A stretch of 64,000 nucleotides of DNA. Source: the human T2T-CHM13v2.0 reference genome, Homo sapiens. Location of the stretch: the NCBI RefSeq assembly GCF_009914755.1, contig NC_060946.1. One strand, written 5' to 3'. Under the pieces are notes generated by a model. That model did no database searches, had not been told where the DNA came from, and saw only the letters and a list, made by a program, of their open reading frames with translations. Of this stretch, positions 1 to 13,300 are shown piece after piece (positions within the stretch are counted from its first letter, which is position 1; each line of letters starts with the position of its first letter). The position numbers and the translations under genes are program-made.

Positions 1-3000
1 CTCCGTACCCACAGATCAAAGTCGATGGCACCTCCGATAAGAGGTAGGGGCCTTCCTTCTGGCCTGGGCGCCTCACCCTCTAGGACCAGAAGTGTCCAAC
101 ACTTGGGGGTGGCAGGGAGAAGAGGGGATGAAGGCACTGTTTCCCACAGCAAGAACCGTTTAATGTAGCCTGGGGCACTCCGAAAGCCATTCCCTGCAGC
201 CCTCGTTCTTGCTGTGTGGATGTCCCCATGTAATGAGACCATCAGTGAGCATCCCTTCCAGACTGCCACTGAAGTTGTCTGACTTGAGTTTGAAGAGGTG
301 ACTAAAATGTCAAAAGCAAAAAAAAAAAAAAAAAAAAAAAGGAAAGAAACAAAAAACCCAACAGGAAAAAAATAAGAGACCCCTTTTTGGGGGTGGTATT
401 GGAGGAAAGGTATAAATTGCTTCTCAGTTAATTTGATTCACCATGGTTCTCCCTGGTGACCTGACAGGTCTGCTGCCAACACAAATGTTTTACTTTATTT
501 TGACTTTTTTCCCCCTAATGAGACAAGACTTAGTTATACTTTATTTCCACTTAAAATATCTGTGACCAATGAGGGCAGCCCAATTTCATAAAAAAATCAT
601 AACAAATTGAGATTATAGGTATTAATTTTGAAATCAAATTGTGATTTGAGGTGTTCCGTGGCCTTTTCAGGCCTTTTCATGAATTACTCTGTGGGGGATT
701 TTCTTGGACCTGAACTTGGCCAGCTTAATGTCAGAACCAGGTCATCATCATAAATAGAAGCAGCTGCGGGAAAAAATAAATAAATAAAATTCTCCCTTCT
801 GGTTGACTCTGCTCTGCATCCAGTTCAAAGCCAGGGATGAGTAGGCTCCTCTTTCCACCACCCCAGTCTACACCTGAAAGTTTGTTTCTATAAAATGTGA
901 CTTGTCTGTTGCCCACTTTCGCATTCCCGTCTCCTCCTTCCAAGAAGGATGTGAGGCTCAGCGTTGATGCACACGAAGAGACTTTTGGCATCGCCCAGGC
1001 TAATTTCATCACTTCAAGGAGAAAATGATGCCTGCTTCCAATTTCTAACACTCTCATCGTTTCCCCTTCATTTCATTCTTTTGCATTTTCCGGACAGTGC
1101 TGCAGTCTGCAAGCCTGCAAAATATATTGCACTGGCTACCTGAGAAATGTAATCCCTTCCTGCAACCTGCCTTTCCCTTCTTCCTGACAAAGCGCTTTTT
1201 AGTGTTTCAGTGTTCACAGAAGAGGCAAAGGTTCTCTCCCCTAACCCTTTTTCTGCCCTGGGTTCCCTGCACAATGCAGTGGTTGGGGGCTGGTGAGAAT
1301 GGAGTTTTGCATTTGTAAGTTTGTCATTCAGGCACGTTAGTTAATTGATCATACTTGGGAGGTTTCATCCTTAATTGCAAATTCCTGCACCATCACAAAA
1401 CATACACTTGAACTGATCATAAAAATGGCAAAACCCCAATATCAGACTTAAGTGTAGAATTGCCATAGTGCTGATTTGATTATGCTTCAGTGACATCTGT
1501 TTAATAGATTTCCACAAGAACTGTAAATCCACATTTACTTTCTTTGCAAATTGTATTTGAATCCTGAGCAACCACAGCCCTCTAGCCTCTTCCCCTCCCT
1601 AGCCATGTATGTGCTAAACCCCCATTCCTGTTGAGTGTGACTTGATATATAAGCGGGAAGGGGACACGATGCTGAGTTTTACACATTTACCTCCTATTTC
1701 CTTTTGTGTGTGGATATGTCTGTGTGCATGTTTGAAACAGATCTGAACAGCTTCCCATTTCAACTCCATAGATACGTGACTCTCCAAGTGCTTTATTTTG
1801 AAAACTAGGACGTAGCACTTTGCAGAAGAAAAATCAGTCCACTTGCTATTATTTATGTGATCGCTGATCTGCTAGATGGATATAGAAAGCACCAAGAATT
1901 ATAATAATTTATGGAGTGGAGCACTGGTTTACAAACATATTTCTCTGCCCGAGCTTTGTGTGTTTCTTTGCGTCTCGGGGCTCGTTCTGTGCAATGGGAA
2001 TGGAGAATATTCAGAATTTGAAGACAAGCCCGGCGAGCCGACTGCATTCATAGCTAAAATTAAAGGAATAAGTGAGCAGCTATTTGTGGCAGACAGGACA
2101 TGATCCAGTAAGTAGCACTCTTCATATTCCGAAATAAAAGTACATAATTGGAAAATGAAGCGGCAGAGACTGCTGGGGGGTGGCGGTGGTGAGGAATTAG
2201 AAAGTGTAATTTAAAATCATGTAGTCATAATTCAAAATGGGCCCAGCTAAAAGGTTTTTAAGTGGTAAATGCTTTAAAGTCACTGTGGTTGATCCTTTTG
2301 CAAGGAATAGGGGCTAATTTTCACTTTATTTGTGGATTCCTTCATCTACTGAACTCATCAGCTTATTCAGCTTAGCTGATAATACCAGCTGCTGGCCAGT
2401 GTTTCTTTTCCTTGGGATCCCACACTTGATTGGGAAGGAGATCAAACACAAAGGTCTGTCATTTTAGGACATGGTGGGACGAGGTCTGATTTTTTTTCTC
2501 CCATTGGGGTATTTGCTTCTTTTCCTTTGAGTCCCTCTGCTTTTTTTTTTTTTTTTTCCTTTTATGGCATTTTCTACTATGGGCTCATCAATTGCATATT
2601 TTCAAGCAGAGGCAAAACAAGGAAAGAAAATATGATTTAAAAGTGATTTTTGAGCTTGTGTGGGAATTGTCGCTTGTAAAACAATTCTCCCCAGACCCCC
2701 ACACCTTGGTACTTTTCTGTTAAATATTATCTCCTGCATTTTGCTTGCAGGGACCACTTAGGAAGGGTTAGTGTGGTTTCTCTGTGACATTTCGCCACAT
2801 TGCAACAAAAGCCCTAGTAAGCACTGCCTTTGCTGAGCCAAGCCGGCTTTTTCTCTGCATCGCCCTGAGCCACCGGCCTGAAGACAGGCAGCTGCACTTT
2901 TGGCTGTCCCATCAGAGAGGCTGGGGCTATTCAGTCGCTCCTACTCTCAGTTAAAGGCCCCAAGAGGAGACGGAGCCAAGGTGCGTCTAGGATCCTGGTG

Positions 3001-5500
3001 AAAGCTTTCCAAGGTGGGGTTCCTCAGAACGCCGCAGCGGGGATGGCTGTTGGGGGAGATGTTTCTCTGGAAGCTTCTCATGCTTAATAAGACAGTCGTT
3101 TCTGTGTGCTCATTGACTGTCATCCGAGTTTTGGACCCAGGACAGCACCATATTATGCTAGCCCCCCAGTGATTGTTAAAGAGCTGCCGATGAATGGAAG
3201 AGAAACACAGGTGTGTTCTGGGGATGGCTGCCTTACCGGCCTGGCACTGGCTTTGATCAGAGTGACCTTTTCCTTCCAAACGAGAGCACTTTCGAGAGCC
3301 GGAGAGGATGCTGGTAATAGTGGCACAGGGACAGCAGATGTGAACTGGGGCTGTCCTGGGCCTGCGCTGAGTTTGAGAGGCCTGTGTTGGCTGGAAGTGA
3401 TGCTTCAAGTCACACGGTGAAGCAAAATCTATCTTTGGTCTGCAGGGCAGCAGCTCCTCTGGTAGTGCAATCCTCCAAGATCTTCCTCACACATCTTCGG
3501 ACAGAGAGGGGCCACCAGAATGATCCAAGCATCTCTTTTGCAAAAATTCATCTGCTGCTGAGATGCTCTGTGTGAGCCAAGGCCTCTCTCTCTCTCCTTC
3601 CTGGGCCTTCAGCACACACTGGCTGGCCTCGCTGTTTGGTGGGGGCCTTCTTAGGGGCCCACAGACCCCCTCCACTGCAACTCCTCAAAATAGAGTTCTG
3701 AGGAGGTCTGTTTTCTGCCTGGCTGGTTCGCCGGGTCTGAGCCCTTGGAGGGCTAGTTTCGTGTCTGGGTCCTGTGGCTCCCAGAACAGGATCTGGCCCA
3801 GAGCAGGAGCAGCAGTGGGTGCGTTGGGGCTGACCAGTGCCCTGCAGTGTCCAGATGGGGGTGGTGGTGAAGAATTTGCCTAGAAAAACGTGTCAAGGGT
3901 GGGTTGTAGTGGACGTGTCCAGCCACAACTCCCTGGGAAGTCAAAGCCTCAGAGTCTTACTCGGTGGGGCGAGAAGGAAGGGGCCAGGCACCATGGGCTT
4001 TCAGGCAGGAGAGGAGGGGTTGCTTGAAAATCCCTTCTGCATTCTTGAAATTTCCCTGGGGAGCTTCTGAGTTCATCAGAACTTTCTAACTAGAGGGGAA
4101 GAGACATGGAGTGAGCACCTCCTGTGTGCTAGGCCCTGGCAGGGGCTTTTGAATCTCCTGTGTCCTTCAGTGCTCCAGCAGCCCAGGAAGGAAGGATTGA
4201 GAATCCACATGTTTGTAGGTGAAAAACTAAGATTAAGGGGGGCAAAGCTGCTTTTGAGTCCTGCTGTCAGACTCAAAGGCCTGTGTAGTTTCTCTCATTC
4301 ATTCATTCACATATCATTTTATTCTTTGGCGTTTCATTCAGTTCAGATAAAAAGCCGACTGTGTGTTGGGAGTTTTGTTACAGGAAGCCTTGGGGGCTGT
4401 GGGTGGAGGCTCCTGACCCAGCCAGGGGAGGTCAGGGAAGGTGTTTCTGAGGCTCTGAGCTTTCTGAGACTGAGTGGGCTTGTGTCAGGAAACGAGGGTG
4501 AACGCAGGGGTGCGGTTGGGTGCAGGGCCTTCTGGACAGAGGGAATAGCATTCGTGGAGGCTTCAAGGCAGGACCCCCTCTGTGCCAGGGAAAGCCTGCA
4601 TGACTGAGCCGGGCCTGAGAAGCGGGAGTGGGGCTGGGGCCAGGTGCAGCCTCCTGAGCTGACCTGAGGTGCTGAGCTTCACCTGAGGGCGGCAGCTGCT
4701 CTAGAGGGTGCTGGGTGTGCCAGAGGGAATGGCACGGGCAGAGGTGAGTTCTAGGAAATTCCTTCGGGAGGCCGGTGTGGTGTGACCATGGTGATGGGGG
4801 GTCAAGACCGCCAGGAGACCAGACAAGTTTGGGGGTGGGGGGTGGTCAGAGAGAGGCACAGAGAGGTGGGTCCTGGAGTCGAACCTCTTTCCTAGACACC
4901 AGCTTTCCATACAGTTGGCGTCAAATGGGACCTGCTCCTTGGTGTCTTGGCTGACACCCAGGTTCTCCTTGGAGCACCCTGGCCTCACTGGACTCACAGT
5001 ACCCAAGGAACAACAAATAAATGTCTCTGAGAGGAAAACGGAAAGAGAAACCATCTGATAAGAGAATCAGACTTTGGAAAAGCAAGCCCTTAGAACCAGA
5101 GGGAATTTTTCAAGGCGTGCTGGGCTGCGGGGACCTGGAGTCTCCCACTCTGGGTTCACTGGGCCTTTATGGGCAGGTACAAGGTTTGTTCCAGCCCCTC
5201 TGTAACCCCTCAAGGGGACCACTGAAGAAGTGGAAACAGAGAGGTTGAGTGACTTTCCCAGTGTCCTACCGCTCAGCAGCCTGAGATGGAATTTAATGGG
5301 AACCCTGCTTTCTCTGACTTCAGAGTCCAGGCTGTCCTCCACGGCAGAAGCATGCCAGTGACCCATGACAACGAAAGAGTGAGGCCACTTATCCAGGCCG
5401 CCCAGGCCTCAGGGACTTAGCACTTCCCCTCCCTCTGCCCAGGTTCTCATTCCCCAGGTCGGGGTGTCATTGGTGTGTGAGGTGATGCCGCTTCAGATAG

Positions 5501-5800
<300 letters not shown>

Positions 5801-6919
5801 TAGACCTTTCTTGATCACCCAATTTAGTCAAACCATCACCCTGTTCTGTCTTTTTCCAGGTACTGATTATTAGCTGAAAGTGTCTTTTCTGTTTAATTCT
5901 TTGTTTACCTTATTGTCCCCCCTCCACCCCGTCCCATGTTCCTCAAGGGCAGGAGCCTCTTTGTTTTTCCATTGCCCTTTCTGGCACCTGGAACAGGGAG
6001 AGCATGTAGGGCCTTGGCTAATGGTTGTTGAATAAGTCATGCGTTCATTCATTCATTCCATCCATCCATCCTCCCCCGTAGTTCCATTTTGGGGAGGCAT
6101 CTGCAGCCCCATCAGGATGCATGACTTGCTTAAGGTCACTCCGCTGGACTGAGAGCCAGGCTGGGAGCCCAGGCGGTCTCCCTGCGGCGGGTCCCGGGGC
6201 ACCACTGCATCGCTCGCGTGCTGTGCTGTTTTGAGGACCGGGTGTAAACGCTTCCTAGCTCAAAGCTGTTTGTTTGGGAGATGCTGCGCCTCCTCCGTGG
6301 ATCGGCTGCACGGCGGAGAATGCTCGCCTCCTCGCACGGTGGCTAACGTGCTGCTGCGGCTCCATAAATATTAAATGGGCATTAAAAGAAGCCGTTGCGT
6401 TTCCAGTTTCCCGGATTTCTCTGAGCAGGGCCCGTTGCGAACCCCCTTTATGTGAAATGCAGCATTTCAGCGCGGAGCGCCTCCGGGAGCCTTGCCGCCT
6501 GCCTTTCCCGGCTGAGTCCCTTTGGTGCAGAGCGGTTCTCCCTCGACTGCAGGCTGTCTGCATGCTAGCACCTGCTCCTCTGGGGCAAAGACGGGTGGGG
6601 GCCCCTGGAACCCCTTTTCACAAGGGCTGTGCCAGCCTGGCAGCCTCCTTGCTGGATATGCAAGGTGGGTAAGATGGAGAGGGGGCAGTGACTCTTCGGT
6701 CTTCAGCTAAGCTCTCCTGACACCCACCCTCTGCCAAGCCTCTGCTGGGCACCAGGCAAAGTCTCCAGACATTCTGTATGTCCTTCTGTCCCCTCATCGT
6801 CTCTGCATCCATGCCTCCATCCATCCGTTTCTCCCTCCCTGCCTCCATCCATCCACTAATACTACTGATGAAGTATTTGTGATAGGCCGTGGGGTGATCA
6901 TGTTATAACAATAATATTA

Positions 6920-7120
6920 GCTAACATTTATTGACCACTTACTGTCTGCTAGGCTCTGTGATCAGCAGCTTACATGTGTCATCTCATTGAATATTCATGA
7001 CTCTACAAGGTAGGGACTGTTTTTCTTTCCATTTTGTAGAAGAGGAAACAGAGCTTCTGGAGGTTCAGCCGCTTGCTCAGGGTCACAGAGCTGCTGGGGG
7101 CCGGAGCTGACACATGGGGT
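6920..7120 (-). mobile_element. MIR
   Basis: gctaacatttattgaccacttac...ccattttgtagaagaggaaacagag...gctcagggtcacagagct. Confidence 0.7.
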
Positions 7121-7943
7121 GCACAAGGGGGGAGCCCGACCCTGCCCTCAGGGGACATCCGGGCTCTTCCTGGGACCCTGAAATGAAGGCCCCAGATCCA
7201 GGCCTCTCCGAGGAGACCCCGGCATTGCTGAGAGGAAGGGTGTCAGCTTCAGCCAGCGGGAGAGGAGGGCAGAGCCGGAAGCCAGGCAGCTAGGTCTGGG
7301 GGCCCAGCCCTGCCACCTACTCTCTGTGCAATGAGACGTCACTTCTGTGGGATGTACCCTTGATCATCTGTCAAACATGAGACATGGGCATCAATATCTG
7401 TCTCTTAGTGGTGAGCATTACAGAGGAAGACTCTCAAAAAGTGTTGGACTTGTGTGGCTCTGAACAAGAGCATGGCCCCTGTGAGCTGTAGGCCTCCAGG
7501 TGCAAGAGGCCACCGGGGGCCGGCCTGTGTGGCTCAAGTAGAGGCCAGACCAGTCGTAGGGCCAGACCATGCAGGGTCTTATGGTCAAGGGATTTTATCA
7601 GAGAAGCCACCGCAAGGATTTCAAGTAGAGATGTGATGTGGTCAGCTTGCATTTGAGAAATATTTGAGTTCTCCAGGGCCTGTCTGGCACCCCTTGCTCC
7701 TGGAACTGGCCCCTTGGTTCGCACTTGACACCCTCGTACCAAGGGTGTCCAGTACTCAGGCAGCACCTGCTGACAGCAGCTCCTCAATATGCAAGGATCA
7801 AATTGAGCAGAATAGTGACTGTGACCATCACAGCTGAGGTGAGCCGGCGCCTGGGACCCACCAGGCATTGTACTCAGGATTCCTGCTTACTTCTTCATTT
7901 AACCTGCACAACCCCCAGGAGGTGGCATTGCTACTATCAAATC

Positions 7944-8322
<379 letters not shown>

Positions 8323-10003
8323 TGACCCCCGTCCAGATCTGGGCGGGCCTGGCTCAGAGTATGCGGCGTCCTGAAACTTGGCATCTGGTGCCCTGAGCCC
8401 TTTCCCAGGCCTTCTGGGTGCCGGGCAGCAGTTACAGACAAGAGGGGTGCAGGCCCCTGCTCCCCCACCTACAGTTCTGTTGCGTAGCACCTGCAGGGAG
8501 AGCCAATTCACTTTGAAACAACCCACAGGACAAAACAATGGCGCAAGTGTGTCCCCAGGAAAAGGGAGATTTTTTTCCCCCTTGTCTCTGCAGGTGGAGA
8601 AGAGGGATATGTTTTGGGAATCAGGAAGTGTCTTTAGAGGTCTGTGGGAGAAGGAGGATATTGCTATTTATTTCACCTTCTAGGGAGATGATCAAGATTT
8701 AAAAAAATTAATAACCCATTTCTCCTTTGCACATAATTAAAATGTTCTCCAGTCTCTAATTTTTGTCTTTTTCCTAATCTAATTTGTTTTCTGACTGTGT
8801 CGATTCTTCTTCCAAGCGCAAAGCAAAGGGGATTTTTCTTCATTTAATGTGATTGCGATATGAGTGTCCAGGAATAGTTTAAATGATGTTATTTTCTCCT
8901 TGGTTAAATACAGCGCAAAAGGAATCGTTGGAGGGTCTTAATGACCCAAACTGAAAACAACGACAAAAAGTCTTCAAGGCATTTCCCATTTACACAGTTT
9001 AAAAAATAATTATGAAAAGGAACAAGACAACTCAATGGTCTGACTAACGAGGCGTCGGCCATTGTGCTGTGTGTTGGGGTAGGATGGGGCCTCACCTGGG
9101 GCCTGCATTTCCAAGTTTCTACAGAGTTCTACACTGACCCCAAGGTGGGGTCGGTTGGAGGGATATTTAAGTCCAGTAAATATAAATGCAAACTGCACTT
9201 CCCCGTGAAAAAGATTTGAAAAATATTGCAGCATTCTCAAGCTGCAATTCAAAGATTGACGGGGCACATTAGGGTTCCCGAGATCCTTACGAGAGAGATG
9301 GTAGTGAGGCATCGGAGGAGGTTTTTGCAAAAGGTTCCTCCTCCCTCACCATCTCTGCCCCTACCTGCACTACCACCCCTGAGCCAGTGGGTATGTGACC
9401 ATCTATGTCTGGGAAAATCCCTTCTCAGGGCACCACTAAAAGATATCTTTAGATGAAATCGATGTCGAGGGAGGAATTTTCGCCCGTGCTGTCTCCACCT
9501 GCTCAGGCTTGCAGGGGTGTGGGCGTGGGGCCATGTGGGTGTGTTTGGGGGTCTGTGGAGGATGGGGGAGGGTTGTAGGAGAATCCTTCCTGTTCCCCAA
9601 TTCTGAAAAGTAAAACTTAACTCACCTGTTTACAAAATACCAGCCATTGTCTTACCCCAGCTCACTGTCACCCTGTAGGCTCGGGAGGATTTTGTTGAAG
9701 GAAAAAAAAAATGTCTTAAGTATTTAAACACGTTGAGCCATGCATGCATCCGTCCACAGTGCTGTGGGTTGTTTTTTTTTTCTTTTTTTTCTTGTCCCCT
9801 CCCTCCCTTCCCTTTTCTTTTTACCAAAGTATATTCATCAAACTGCTGAGTTGGAAAGATTTGTAATGAGTTTTTGAGCTGTACGACTGTGTTTTTTTTT
9901 CCTCTCCCCCCGCCCTCTCCCTCTTTCTAAATCTTCATCTGACATTAAATAAAGCAAATCCCAAACAGATTAACTGTCGCACGGTTCTGCTCCGTCTCCT
10001 CAG

Positions 10004-10081
10004 TCTGTTTCCAGGTCTGGCGGGGGGCCGGGCTGCGGTGGCGGCAGCGGTGGGAGATGCCGGGGCGGCCGGCGGAGGTCC
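10004..10081 (+). other. MPPED1: 5' UTR portion of MPPED1 exon 2 (78 nt, GC-rich, open in frame with the CDS)
   Basis: Acceptor ctcctcag|t at 10003/10004 with branch-like TTAAC at ~9970-9974. A second possible acceptor tttccag|g lies at 10014/10015. Confidence 0.8.
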
Positions 10082-10095
10082 ATGTGGCGCTCTAG
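10057..10095 (+). other. Overlapping upstream ORF (MPGRPAEVHVAL*) spanning the annotated start out of frame
   Basis: ATG at 10057 (gagATGc) and TAG at 10093-10095. Translation not demonstrated. Confidence 0.55.
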
Positions 10096-10305
10096 GTGGG
10101 ATGCCAGCGTCCTGAAGGCGGAGGCCCTGGCCCTCCTCCCCTGCGGCCTGGGCATGGCATTCTCCCAGTCCCACGTGATGGCCGCTCGGCGGCACCAGCA
10201 CAGCCGGCTCATCATCGAGGTGGACGAGTACAGCTCCAACCCCACCCAGGCCTTCACCTTCTACAACATCAACCAGGGCCGCTTCCAGCCACCGCATGTG
10301 CAGAT
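10082..10305 (+). CDS. MPPED1: MPPED1 first coding exon (exon 2; exon starts at 10004, CDS part 224 nt)
   Basis: Translates MWRSRWDASVLKAEALALLPCGLGMAFSQSHVMAARRHQHSRLIIEVDEYSSNPTQAFTFYNINQGRFQPPHVQ(M), recognised as the MPPED1 N-terminus. Donor AT|GTAAGT at 10306, phase 2. Confidence 0.97.
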
Positions 10306-13300
10306 GTAAGTGGGACCGGTGGGGTGGGGGTGGGGGCGGTGACGGCCCCCTGGGGTGGGTGCATGGTCTCGGGTGCCTCCTGGTTCTGGGGGCACTGTAA
10401 CAAGCATTGAATGTTTGTTGACTGCAACAATTCTGGAATTCTAGGATCATCGGGGCTCTGAGTTGGGAGGGACCGGCAAGAAGTTGCAGATGGATGGCCT
10501 GTGGGCCGATTCTGGCCGCAGTCCTGTTTCACTTGGCCAGGAGCATGTTTTACAAATATTTAAAGATGAGGTGGATGCACAGAAAACTCCAGACTTCTGG
10601 CTTCACTTTATAAAACCCAAAGGCCTGGAAACCCCAGGCCCACATGTCCTCCTGGCAGCGTCTGGCGGGGGCCACATTCCCGATCCCTTTCTTGGCATTT
10701 GGGTGGCGACCCCTGGTCTGATTTACGCTCCTCATTGTACACATGGGGAGACCGAGCCCCAGAGAGGGGAAGGGGCTCGCCACAAGCCCCATGGCAGGTT
10801 AGGACACCAGTCTTGGGCTCTTTGTTTCCCCTCCCTGCCCTTCCTTTTGTCCAGACCCTGTGCTTCTCTTGTGAAAGCAGAGATGCTTTTCCAAAAGGAC
10901 TGGGGGATTCTGTTGTCTGCCCCTCGGGGCATTGGGGGTGCTCAAGCAGTGAGGCCCTGGGGAGCACACAGACTCAAGGCCCCCGTGAGCAGCAGGAGGA
11001 CTTGTCCTGATGCCTGTGTGCGGGGCCAGCCTTTCCCTCTCTGGATTTCCCGAGGACCTGGAAAGCTGTGGGTAGCTTGGGGTGGCTCCAGAGGTGGTCG
11101 AGCTCCTGGCCCTGCTCTGGGTGGTTCCCTGAGTTCCTGGAGCCCCCCTCCTCCTTTATCCCCATTGCTTCTCCCATGAGCCCTGCACGACAGAGCTTAC
11201 CTGGTGAGGAACCAGGGGCCCAGGCCCGTGAGGTGCCCCACCCTGCTGGCAGATGCCAGAGCTGGAGTTGAACCCAGGCTTCCTGAGTCCAGCCCGGGGC
11301 TCTCCTTGCTGGGCCTCCCGCATCCTCAGGCTGTGATGTGTGTGGATGTTCATGCTTCTGCTTGAGAGCGGAGGCCATTGTCCCCTTGGCTGTTGTACCT
11401 TCACCCGGCCACTCTGGGTGCCCACCCCCAAGCTGGGTCTGGATGAGGGATGACCCCTGCAGAGCAGGGAGGTGACAGCACAGGGAGGGGGGAGCTATGA
11501 CAGGGGCTGATCCAGTGCTGTAGGGCCTACGGGAAGCCCTCCAGACTGCCCGTGAGTCTGGTGCCCCAAAAAGGGTCCAGGCCCTGGGCCGCCTCTGGGG
11601 CTGTGATCTCCATCTTAGGGCAGCGGTGCTTGTGGCATCCCAGCCGCTGTCCGTCGGACCACTCGGAGAAGGAGTTGACGGGGTTTCGAAACCCTGGCCT
11701 GGTGGGGTGTGTGTGAGGGCGCGACCTCCCGTCCCTGTGTGGCCTCCCTCAGGCCTGGCCTCTGTTGTGGGGAGAGGGAGCTGCAGGGAAGGGCTCTGCA
11801 GGGCAGCAGGCTCCAGGCGGGGATCGCCCTCTTCCAGTGGCACTTGCCCAGGAAAATGCTTGTCTCCGTGTGGGGCCACAGGGCTAGTGTTGCCTGTGGC
11901 TGCCTACTTTATTTTTTGGTAGATTTCTATCTGGGCTGCTGCCTCTGGTTTTCTGTTTTTGGAGCCCGATTGGCGGGTTTGGGCAGGAAGGAAGGCCCCG
12001 GGCCTCAGGCTTGCCGCTCCTCGGTCTGTGAGACTTGAGGCCTGGGAGGGGCTGCAGGGATGGGGGCCTTCCCTGGGCTGGGTTTTGTCTTTTGCTGGTG
12101 AGGGTCATCCTCCAACTGGGTGGGTCAGAGGTGACTGAGCCTGAGGTCCCCGGAGGCCAGGCTGAACTCCTGCCCAGTGGGCAAGGAGAGAGCAGCAAGG
12201 CCTCCCAGGGCAGGTGGGGTTTGTGAGGGTCCCAGCACCACATACAGTGGGACCATGGACAGCTGTCAATCACGGTGCCCCTGCCTGGGCCAGGCACACA
12301 CTTAGGGAGCTCCTAGTCAGAGAACTGAGCCAGGGAAAGAGGAAGACAGAGAGTGGGGGCTGAGGAGGTGCTTCCCAGTTTCAAGGGATCCAGGAAAGAC
12401 CCCCTGGAGAACTGGGTAATTTCTAGGTGAAGGCCAGAGCAGGAGGAATAGGCGTAGCAAGTTGGGAGAGGGTGTGAGGAGGAAGTGGGCCAGCAGAAGG
12501 GGTGGCAGGTCGGAGCCTGCAGGTGGCTAGAAGACAGGGGTCTCTGAGAACTGTATGGAGGCCCAGCTGGGCAGGCAGCAGGGGTTGGGGGCGTGCAGGA
12601 GACACCACAGGCCCCTGCAGGCCGGGCTGCGTCCTGAGGGAGGGTGGTGAATGACTGAATGAGAGGGGGTGATCTACCCCATTTAACCGAGCAACCCAGG
12701 GCCATTCATTCATTTGTTGAGTCATTCATTCACGCATTTGGGATGTCTGTGAGCTGCTGAGTTTCTCACTGTTTAGGACCTTGGGCGCTGAGCTTGCCTG
12801 CTTGGATGGGGTTCATGCTGCTTGGTGCCTCAGTTTCGCCAACCTGGAGCTGGCTACTCCAGGTCGAGGGACCACATGTTCCCCTGAAATTCCCCTTGCC
12901 GTGCCGCCCTCCTTGGATGGCGCATGCGCTCTGCATAGCTCGGAAAGCTGGTCCTCACCCCCCGTGACACTAGTCCATGCATTCTCAGTGGAGGAAACAG
13001 CACCTCCAAGGGGTGAAAACTGGTTCTTCGGGGGTGAAAAAAACGCTGCGCACAGTAATGCTGGGGATGAAATAGTTAAATCCTCGTAGAGAAGGCGCAG
13101 TGGGCAGCAAGCGTTCAGCATTGGTAGCACATGCCAGGCCTGGTGAGGTGCTTGGGACCCAGCAGTGATCGAAGGCACCCCTGCCTGTGCTGAGCTTACA
13201 TCCAGTGGATGGCAGGCAGTTAGCAGATGGTCATGAAAGCGTGTGATGCTGGTGATGGTAAGTGCTATGGAGAAGGAGCTTAGCTGGGGAGCTGGAGCAG

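Noticed and set aside
318-375. Poly(A) tract as the tail of a processed pseudogene or retroelement
   Set aside because: No recognisable Alu, L1 or mRNA body or TSD upstream. Treated as a simple A-rich tract.
10974-11879. 301-aa minus-strand ORF and other 150-270-aa ORFs (e.g. 10463-11179, 21025-21849, 24472-25284, 28200-28979)
   Set aside because: GC-rich intronic or antisense-to-exon sequence with low stop density. No recognisable domains or splice-supported structure.
12233-12263. Second, non-canonical RE1 (CAGCACC...GGACCATGGACAGC)
   Set aside because: Half-site spacing is non-canonical and the best canonical alignment has several core mismatches. Not supportable without ChIP data.
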